From Rhodococcus sp. Leaf278 (lineage in GTDB: Bacteria; Actinomycetota; Actinomycetes; Mycobacteriales; Mycobacteriaceae), in assembly GCF_001426085.1 (NCBI RefSeq), contig NZ_LMRR01000017.1:4695-28694 (forward strand): a DNA stretch of 24,000 nt. The letters are read 5' to 3'. Every line of letters begins with the position of its first letter. Within the stretch, counting starts at the first letter, position 1. The position numbers and the translations under genes were made by a program. The notes under the pieces are model-generated. The model was not told the DNA's origin. It saw only the letters and a program-made list of their open reading frames with translations, and searched no databases. Positions 1 through 6,308 of the stretch are shown piece after piece.

Positions 1-2302
1 CCGGCTGGTCAATGTCGACGGCAATCGCGTCGCCGCAGGCCGCGATTTCGGAGCCGACGGCAAGCTCAAGACCGAGTCCGTGACCGTCCTCGACGAACCG
101 CGTGCCCGACGCCTCGCCGATGCTCTCGAAGGCGTCGATCTGACGGTTGCGTCGGCGGAGGACAAGCCGTACACCCGTAAGCCGTACCCGCCGTTCATGA
201 CGTCGACGCTGCAGCAGGAGGCCGGCCGCAAACTGCGGTTCAGTTCCGAGCGCACGATGCGCGTGGCGCAGCGTTTGTACGAGAACGGCTACATCACCTA
301 CATGCGTACCGACTCGACGTCGCTGTCCGCGTCGGCGGTCTCCGCGGCACGGGCCCAGGCAACCGAGCTCTACGGCCCCGAGTACGTGCACCCGACTCCG
401 CGGCAGTACACCCGCAAGGTCAAGAACGCGCAGGAAGCGCACGAGGCCATTCGCCCCTCCGGTGACGTGTTCCAGACTCCCGGCCAGCTGCACTCTGCGC
501 TGCAGACCGACGAGTTCCGGTTGTACGAGCTCATCTGGCAGCGCACCGTGGCGTCGCAGATGGCGGATCTGCGCGGCACCACGCTGACGCTGCGCATCAC
601 CGGAACCGCAGGCACCGGCGAGGAGTGCACGTTCTCCGCGTCGGGCCGCACCATCACGTTCGCCGGCTTCCTCAAGGCCTACGTCGAGAGCGTCGACGAC
701 GAGGCGGGCGGTCAGACCGACGACGCCGAGTCGCGTCTGCCAGCGCTCGAGGCCGGCCAGGCAGTGACGGCCACCAAGCTCGATCCCGACGGCCACACCA
801 CCAACCCGCCGGCTCGCTTCACCGAGGCGTCGCTCATCAAGACGCTCGAAGAGTTGGGAATCGGTCGACCGTCGACGTATTCGTCGATCATCAAGACCAT
901 TCTCGACCGCGGCTACGTCTACAAGCGGGGCAGTGCCCTGGTGCCGTCGTGGGTGGCGTTCTCGGTGATTGCGTTGCTGGAAGCGCACTTCGGGCGTTTG
1001 GTCGACTTCGATTTCACCGCCGGCATGGAGGACGATCTCGACGCGATCGCGGGAGGCCGTGAGCGACGCGGTGATTGGCTGCAGAATTTCTACTTCGGCG
1101 GCGAGACCGGTGCCGAGGGTTCGGTGGCGCGCTCCGGCGGCCTGAAGAAGATGGTGGGCCAGAATCTCGAAGAGATCGACGCGCGCACCATCAACTCGAT
1201 CCGTCTGTTCGACGACTCCGAGGGCCGCGAAATCCATGTGCGCGTGGGCCGTTACGGTCCGTACCTGGAACGGATGGTCAAGAACGACGACGATCCCGAC
1301 GGTGACCCGATCAGCCAGCGCGCCAACCTGCCCGACGATCTGCCGCCGGACGAGTTGACCCTCGACTTCGCCGAAAAGCTCTTCGCCACACCACAAGAGG
1401 GCCGCAAGCTCGGTGTCGACCCGCTGACCGGCCACGACATCGTCGCGAAGGAAGGCCGTTTCGGCCCCTACGTCACCGAGATCCTGCCCGAGCCGGAACC
1501 CGAGCCGACGCCGCCTCAGCCCGACATAGTGCCCATCCCGTCCGGTAGCGACGGTGATGGTGGCGGTGGCGTCAAGACTGCGGTGAAAAAGGCTGCCGCC
1601 AAGAAGGCACCGGCCAAGAAGGCTGCTGCGAAGAAGGCCACCGGCCCCAAGCCGCGAACCGGCTCGTTGCTCAAGTCGATGGATCTGGCGACGATCACGC
1701 TCGACGATGCCCTCAAGCTGCTGTCGCTGCCGCGCATCGTCGGCGTGGATCCGGAGTCCAAGGAAGAGATCACCGCTCAGAACGGTCGTTACGGCCCGTA
1801 TCTGAAGAAGGGCACCGACTCTCGCTCGCTCGCCGACGAGGATCAGATGTTCACGGTCAGTCTCGAAGAGGCCCTGAAGATCTACGCCGAGCCCAAGCGT
1901 CGCGGCCGTCAGGGTGAGGCCAAGCCGCCGTTGCGTGAGATGGGCGTCGACCCGATCAGTGAGAAGCCGATGGTGATCAAGGACGGCCGATTCGGGCCGT
2001 ACGTCACCGACGGAGAGACCAATGCGAGCCTGCGCAAGGACGACGAGGTCGAGTCGATCACCGACGATCGTGCGTCGGAGTTGTTGGCGGACAGGCGCGC
2101 TCGTGGTCCGGTGAAGAAGAAGGCACCGGCCAAGAAAGCGGCCGCCAAGAAGGCACCGGCCAAGAAGACTGCGGCCAAGAAGGCTCCGGCCAAGAAAGCC
2201 GCTGCCAAGAAGACCGCCACCAAGACCACTGCTACCAAGACCACGGCGTCCAAGACCACGGCCGCGAAGAAGGCCCCGGCGAAGAAGACCGACGGCGAAT
2301 AG
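1..2302 (+). CDS. topA: DNA topoisomerase I, 5'-truncated by the window edge
   Basis: The reading frame is open back to nt 2, so the GTG at 80 in the ORF track is internal. The translation has type IA core motifs: [10 protein letters not shown] (catalytic Tyr context) and [23 protein letters not shown]. Four GR(Y/F)GPY(L/V) C-terminal repeats follow, with no Cys4 zinc fingers. It ends in a Lys/Ala-rich tail, the architecture known for actinobacterial TopA. Confidence 0.95.
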   Translation, partial: RLVNVDGNRVAAGRDFGADGKLKTESVTVLDEPRARRLADALEGVDLTVASAEDKPYTRKPYPPFMTSTLQQEAGRKLRFSSERTMRVAQRLYENGYITYMRTDSTSLSASAVSAARAQATELYGPEYVHPTPRQYTRKVKNAQEAHEAIRPSGDVFQTPGQLHSALQTDEFRLYELIWQRTVASQMADLRGTTLTLRITGTAGTGEECTFSASGRTITFAGFLKAYVESVDDEAGGQTDDAESRLPALEAGQAVTATKLDPDGHTTNPPARFTEASLIKTLEELGIGRPSTYSSIIKTILDRGYVYKRGSALVPSWVAFSVIALLEAHFGRLVDFDFTAGMEDDLDAIAGGRERRGDWLQNFYFGGETGAEGSVARSGGLKKMVGQNLEEIDARTINSIRLFDDSEGREIHVRVGRYGPYLERMVKNDDDPDGDPISQRANLPDDLPPDELTLDFAEKLFATPQEGRKLGVDPLTGHDIVAKEGRFGPYVTEILPEPEPEPTPPQPDIVPIPSGSDGDGGGGVKTAVKKAAAKKAPAKKAAAKKATGPKPRTGSLLKSMDLATITLDDALKLLSLPRIVGVDPESKEEITAQNGRYGPYLKKGTDSRSLADEDQMFTVSLEEALKIYAEPKRRGRQGEAKPPLREMGVDPISEKPMVIKDGRFGPYVTDGETNASLRKDDEVESITDDRASELLADRRARGPVKKKAPAKKAAAKKAPAKKTAAKKAPAKKAAAKKTATKTTATKTTASKTTAAKKAPAKKTDGE
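1571..1642 (+). repeat. Internal Lys/Ala-rich low-complexity insert in the TopA C-terminal domain ([24 protein letters not shown])
   Basis: Direct reading shows reiterated aag-aag-gc(n) codon blocks encoding AKKA/PAKK units, located between the 2nd and 3rd GRxGPY repeats. Confidence 0.7.
2111..2290 (+). repeat. Coding tandem repeat for the TopA C-terminal basic tail ([12 protein letters not shown] x several, then TKTTA units)
   Basis: Near-identical ~24-nt units (aagaaggcaccggccaagaaagcggcc...) are reiterated at the DNA level and translate to AKKAPAKK repeats ending just before the stop at 2300-2302. Confidence 0.8.
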
Positions 2303-2403
2303 CCCGACGAGCTCGAAGTCATGGACGATTTTCGTGCCGTATCCATCCATAGCTTCGAGTTCGCGGGTTCGGGTTGTCGGGCGCAACCACTAGGGTTGGT
2401 GTC

Positions 2404-3591
2404 ATGGCGGGTGTGTTCGATCGATTGGTCGGTCAGGAAGATGTCGAGGCCGATCTGACGGCCGCCGCGGTGGCTGCTCGTACGGGCGTCGACTCGTCGG
2501 CGATGACGCATTCGTGGCTCTTCACCGGTCCGCCCGGATCCGGTCGCTCGGTCGCCGCCCTGTGCTTTGCTGCGGCGCTGCAGTGCACCACCGAGGGTGT
2601 TCCCGGGTGCGGGCACTGTCAGGCGTGTACGACGACCATGGCCGGCACCCACGGGGACGTGCGGCGCGTCGTACCCGAGGGCCTGAGCATCAGCACCAAG
2701 GAGATGCGCGACATCGTCTCCATCGCCTCGCGTCGTCCCAGCACCGGTTTGTGGCAGGTGGTCGTCGTCGAAGATGCCGACCGCCTCACCGAAGGTGCCG
2801 GAAACGTGCTGCTGAAGGTCGTCGAGGAGCCGCCGGCGCGGACGGTGTTCCTGTTGTGCGCTCCGTCGGTCGATCCGCAGGACATCTCGGTGACGCTGCG
2901 CTCGCGATGCCGTCACGTCTCCTTGGTGACGCCCACGGTGCCGGCGATCGCCCAGGTGCTGCAGACCCGCGACAAGCTCGACGCCGAGACCGCCCAGTGG
3001 GCCGCGTCGATCAGCGGCGGGCATGTGGGCCGAGCGCGTCGACTCGCCACCGACGAGGACGCACGAGCGCGGCGCAAACGGGCGCTGGCGCTCGCGTCGG
3101 CCGCGGCCCGGCCCAATCAGGCCTACCTCGCGGCCGAGGAACTGGTGAAGGCCGCCGAGGACGAGGCCAAGGAGATGAGTGCCTCCCGCGACGAAGCCGA
3201 GACCGAGGAGCTGCGAACAGCCCTCGGCGCGGGCGGTACCGGTAAGGGTGCGGCAGGGGCACTGCGTGGCTCAGCGGGTGTGCTCAAGGACCTCGAGAAG
3301 CGGCAGAAGTCTCGGGCCACCAGGACCGGGCGCGACTCGTTGGACCGGGCGTTGATGGATCTTGTGGGCCTGTATCGAGATGCCCTCGCCCGTTCGTACG
3401 GATCGACCGCAACGGCTACTCACCCCGACATGGCCGAGCAGGTCGAGCGGATGGCGAAAGCGGTCTCGCCCGAGGCGCTTCTGAAGAGCATCGAGGCGAT
3501 CCTCGAATGTCGAGAGTCGTTGGCGGTCAACGCGAAACCGAAGTTCGCGATATATGCGATGGTGGCAACGCTGGGTGACGTGCTGCGCTAG
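2404..3591 (+). CDS. holB: DNA polymerase III subunit delta-prime (clamp-loader subunit)
   Basis: Motifs seen: P-loop-like FTGPPGSGRS, Cys cluster CGHCQAC, VVVVEDADRL box and SRC motif (TLRSRCRHV). The position after topA is the conserved actinobacterial synteny. ATG 2404 (MAGVFDRLVGQ...) is preferred over the TTG at 2374 in the ORF track, but the start remains uncertain. Confidence 0.85.
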   Translation: MAGVFDRLVGQEDVEADLTAAAVAARTGVDSSAMTHSWLFTGPPGSGRSVAALCFAAALQCTTEGVPGCGHCQACTTTMAGTHGDVRRVVPEGLSISTKEMRDIVSIASRRPSTGLWQVVVVEDADRLTEGAGNVLLKVVEEPPARTVFLLCAPSVDPQDISVTLRSRCRHVSLVTPTVPAIAQVLQTRDKLDAETAQWAASISGGHVGRARRLATDEDARARRKRALALASAAARPNQAYLAAEELVKAAEDEAKEMSASRDEAETEELRTALGAGGTGKGAAGALRGSAGVLKDLEKRQKSRATRTGRDSLDRALMDLVGLYRDALARSYGSTATATHPDMAEQVERMAKAVSPEALLKSIEAILECRESLAVNAKPKFAIYAMVATLGDVLR

Positions 3592-3676
3592 TGGCCGAGC
3601 CCGCCACTCGGCTTCAGGGAGGGCGATTTTCGTTTCGACGGGATGCTCCGTTAGACTCACCAACGCCGAAAGGCAC

Positions 3677-3752
3677 GCCGCCTTAGCTCAGTCGGTAGAG
3701 CATTTCACTCGTAATGAAAAGGTCAAGAGTTCGATTCTCTTAGGCGGCTCCA
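3677..3752 (+). tRNA. tRNA-Thr, anticodon CGU, with encoded CCA end
   Basis: Manual cloverleaf. Acceptor GCCGCCT/AGGCGGC; D-arm GCTC-AGTCGGTA-GAGC; anticodon arm TTTCA-CTCGTAA-TGAAA (anticodon CGT). Variable loop AGGTC; T-arm AAGAG-TTCGATT-CTCTT; discriminator T then CCA (3750-3752). A TAGACT -10-like hexamer lies at 3652-3657. Confidence 0.93.
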
Positions 3753-3758
3753 CCAGCA

Positions 3759-3800
3759 GGCCCTTGACACGTACCAACGTGTCGGGGGCCTTTTGCTTTG
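3759..3800 (+). terminator. Rho-independent terminator downstream of tRNA-Thr
   Basis: A 13-bp stem forms between GGCCCTTGACACG (3759-3771) and CGTGTCGGGGGCC (3778-3790), including two G-U pairs. The loop is the 6 nt TACCAA. TTTTGCTTTG follows immediately. Confidence 0.75.
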
Positions 3801-3862
3801 TCGTGTAGGTCCTGCAAGATCGATCCATGCGACCTGACGAGGTACACAGCGCCGGTGACGTG

Positions 3863-4876
3863 ATGACCGCGATCGTCACCACTGGCACCGGTGGATACGA
3901 CAAGCTCGTCCTGTCCGAGGTGCGGAGACCGGTGCCGGGTCCGGGTGAGGTCCTTGTTCGAATCTTGGCGGCGGGGATGAACAACACCGAGATCAACACG
4001 CGGGTGGGCTGGTATCAGGACGGCGGGTGGAACGAGACGACACCGTTCCCGTTGATTCAGGGCACCGACTGCTGCGGGATAGTGTGCGCGGGCACCGAGA
4101 CCGACAAATCCATCGTCGGCCGCCGTGTTCTGGTTCGATCCTGCATGCGTGTCGACGGTTTCTCGTCGGGTGAGACGCGTTGGCTGGGATCGGACATGAA
4201 TGGCGCGTTCGCCCAGTTCGTCGTCGTTCCGGCGAGTGAGATCTTCGTGGTCGATTGTGAGTGGACCGACGCCGAGCTGGCGACGATTCCGTGTGCGTAC
4301 GGCACGGCGGAGAACATGATCGCCCGCGCGGGAGTGCGTCCAGGGTCGACGGTGTTGGTGACCGGCGCATCGGGCGGAGTCGTTTCTGCTGCAGTGCAAC
4401 TCGCGGCTCGGCGCGGCGCGCGCGTGATCGGAATCGCGAGCCGTGCCAAGCACGATCAGCTCCGCGAACTCGGCGTCGACGAGGTCTACGGACGTGATGT
4501 GGACGTGGTGGGCACCCTCGGCAAGCGCAGCGTCGATGTGGTGATCGACAACGTCGCCGGCGCAGGGTTCGGTCCGTTGCTCGATCTTCTCGTTCGTGGG
4601 GGAACGTACGTATCCTCGGGCGCAATCGCGGGCCCCCTCGTCGAGCTGGATCTACGAACGATGTATCTGAACGATCTCACGCTGCTCGGGTGTACAGCGT
4701 GGGATGAGGACGTGTTCCCGAACCTCGTGTCGTACATCGAAGCCGGTGAGATTCGGCCATTGCTGGCCGAGTCTTTCCCGCTCGAGCAGATCGCGGTGGC
4801 GCAGCAGCGGTTCTTGGAGAAGGACCATGTCGGAAAGTTCGTGCTCGTACCACCGGTCGTCCTCGATCAGGTCTGA
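3863..4876 (+). CDS. Medium-chain dehydrogenase/reductase family oxidoreductase (quinone-oxidoreductase-like, NAD(P)-binding)
   Basis: The N-terminus has a GroES-like pattern (VRRPVPGPGEVLVRILAAGMNNTE). The Rossmann motif is VLVTGASGGVVSAAVQLAARRGARVIG. ATG 3863 (MTAIVTTGTGGYDKL) fits family N-termini better than ATG 3827. Confidence 0.8.
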   Translation: MTAIVTTGTGGYDKLVLSEVRRPVPGPGEVLVRILAAGMNNTEINTRVGWYQDGGWNETTPFPLIQGTDCCGIVCAGTETDKSIVGRRVLVRSCMRVDGFSSGETRWLGSDMNGAFAQFVVVPASEIFVVDCEWTDAELATIPCAYGTAENMIARAGVRPGSTVLVTGASGGVVSAAVQLAARRGARVIGIASRAKHDQLRELGVDEVYGRDVDVVGTLGKRSVDVVIDNVAGAGFGPLLDLLVRGGTYVSSGAIAGPLVELDLRTMYLNDLTLLGCTAWDEDVFPNLVSYIEAGEIRPLLAESFPLEQIAVAQQRFLEKDHVGKFVLVPPVVLDQV

Positions 4877-6069
4877 CTGGCGGTACGAGCACGGACAGAA
4901 TTCTGGTTGTGCCACACCGAGAATGCGAGTGCGGTGGTTGCGAGATCGGCCGTTCGGGCAAGATCGAGTCCAGTGAGTTCGGTGAAGTCCTTGAGCCGTC
5001 GTCGAACAGTATTTCGGTGGCGGTAAGTGCGGCCGGCGATATCGGCAATGGTTCCGCCGTGCGCAACCAGATCCCCGACGGTCTCGAGAATGGCTGTGCG
5101 CTCGTATTCGGTCAGCGTGGTCAAGGGCCCGAAGGCTGCTTGGTAGACGGCGTCGGAGATCTCGGCGTTGCCTGCCGCGATCACTTGCAACCATGTGTCG
5201 CGGACATGCCTCACTCCTGGATCGCCGCGTCCGTCGACCGCTGTGCGGGCCAGTCTGATGGCACGAGGGACCCGCGTCAGCCCGTTCGCGTCGACTACCG
5301 CGCAAATGTGGCCACTCAGCGCGGTCAGGTGCGAGGTTACGTCCGGTCGATCGTCCGGTAGATGCACGATTGCGCGCAGTTCGTGTCCGTACCAACCGAA
5401 ATGGTGTGCAAGACCGGCAGAGTGCAATCGGTCGGTGCAGTCTGCGATGAGATCGGGGCGCGGAACAGGGAAACTGCCGACGATGCACAGATACGACCCC
5501 AGCACGGGCAGTCCGAGAAGCTGAGAAGCGTTGTCGACGGTCAATTCGTTCTGCGCTCCTTCGATGAGCAGTTGATCGAAGGCTGCCGACCGCAGTTCTT
5601 CCATGCCTTCTTGAGCTACCTGGTAACCCCGTACCACCTCTTCGGTGCTCGCTTCGACCGTCTCCCAAACCATTACGGAGGACAACTCGAGAAAGTCCAA
5701 ACGCTCCAGGGGTGAAAGTAGCCGCCCCTCCGATACCAACGCCCCCCACAGCATGCGCAGATCGATACGGAACGAGTGCAGAACCGTCGGCAGTGGTACG
5801 CGTTGTCGGGCCCGGAGGGTGCCCACGTCGAAAGCAGCCCCTGCCAGTGTCTCGGGCACCGGGCCGCCTACCAGTCGTGTCAGGGCCAACCTCAACGTGC
5901 GGTCCATGTGATGACGGAGATCGTCTTTGCTCACCGGACCGCCGGTGTATCCAGGCTCGTCCCCGAGGGTGCGTTCGACGGCGAGGTCGGTCAGTTCGTC
6001 CAAGTGCAATGTAAGTACTTGCATCGCGGCGGCGCGTACCAGCCGAGCGGTGTGTGTCTCGGTGCTCAT
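4867..6069 (-). CDS. PucR/CdaR-family transcriptional regulator
   Basis: The C-terminal PucR-type HTH is TIADIAGRTYRHRNTVRRRLKDFTELTGLDL. The ATG start has a GAGGAG Shine-Dalgarno sequence 5 nt upstream on the minus strand. The gene is divergent from the 6309 operon, and its 3' end overlaps the convergent oxidoreductase gene by 10 nt. Confidence 0.85.
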   Translation of the reverse strand: MSTETHTARLVRAAAMQVLTLHLDELTDLAVERTLGDEPGYTGGPVSKDDLRHHMDRTLRLALTRLVGGPVPETLAGAAFDVGTLRARQRVPLPTVLHSFRIDLRMLWGALVSEGRLLSPLERLDFLELSSVMVWETVEASTEEVVRGYQVAQEGMEELRSAAFDQLLIEGAQNELTVDNASQLLGLPVLGSYLCIVGSFPVPRPDLIADCTDRLHSAGLAHHFGWYGHELRAIVHLPDDRPDVTSHLTALSGHICAVVDANGLTRVPRAIRLARTAVDGRGDPGVRHVRDTWLQVIAAGNAEISDAVYQAAFGPLTTLTEYERTAILETVGDLVAHGGTIADIAGRTYRHRNTVRRRLKDFTELTGLDLARTADLATTALAFSVWHNQNSVRARTASQT

Positions 6070-6160
6070 CTGTGCTCCTCGGTCGCGTCAGCACGTCCGA
6101 AACGTGGCGGCAACACGATGTTCTCGGGTCCGTGACGGGATCAGTGAAATCTGGACCACG

Positions 6161-6177
6161 TGGTGCAGTGTGCACCA
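6161..6177. promoter_or_regulatory. Candidate operator: perfect 7-bp inverted repeat TGGTGCA-gtg-TGCACCA
   Basis: Read directly in the 239-bp divergent intergenic region. It overlaps the palindrome CCACGTGG at 6156-6163. No binding data exist. Confidence 0.3.
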
Positions 6178-6195
6178 TATTCCTAGCTAACGCGC

Positions 6196-6213
6196 GTCAA
6201 TATTCGCATTGAC
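6196..6213. promoter_or_regulatory. Candidate operator: inverted repeat GTCAAT-attcgc-ATTGAC
   Basis: Perfect 6-bp arms with a 6-bp spacer, AT-rich relative to its surroundings, located between the PucR-family gene and the operon. Confidence 0.3.
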
Positions 6214-6275
6214 CTCAGCGTTTTGCGCCACTTCAATGATGTGTATCACTCACACACCGGCCGTTTTCACTCTCG

Positions 6276-6287
6276 CCACACGCGTGG
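6276..6287. promoter_or_regulatory. Candidate operator: imperfect palindrome CCACACGCGTGG
   Basis: A 12-bp palindrome with one mismatched pair. It shares CCAC...GTGG ends with the 6156-6163 palindrome and lies 22 nt upstream of ATG 6309. Confidence 0.2.
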
Positions 6288-6308
6288 TCCGAAAGGAAAA
6301 GTTCGACC

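Noticed and set aside
2111-2290. Tandem DNA repeats that could be mistaken for a CRISPR array or a non-coding VNTR
   Set aside because: There are no spacers. The repeats are in frame and encode the Lys/Ala-rich TopA tail.
2309-2362. Inverted repeat CTCGAAG ... CTTCGAG after the topA stop as a terminator
   Set aside because: It has only a 7-bp stem, a ~34-nt loop and no U-tract, so it is not a convincing intrinsic terminator.
1909-3024. 371-aa minus-strand ORF antisense to the topA 3' end and holB
   Set aside because: It is a shadow ORF of a high-GC genome. The translation is Arg/Gly/Ala/Pro-rich with no motifs, and it fully overlaps two confidently identified plus-strand genes.
3554-3808. 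84-aa plus-strand ORF
   Set aside because: It spans the tRNA-Thr gene and its terminator and is not coding.
4652-6178. 508-aa minus-strand ORF overlapping the PucR-family gene in another frame
   Set aside because: Its composition is extremely Arg/Pro/Ser/Thr-rich with no domain signature. The 400-aa frame (4867-6069) has a clear HTH and a Shine-Dalgarno sequence.
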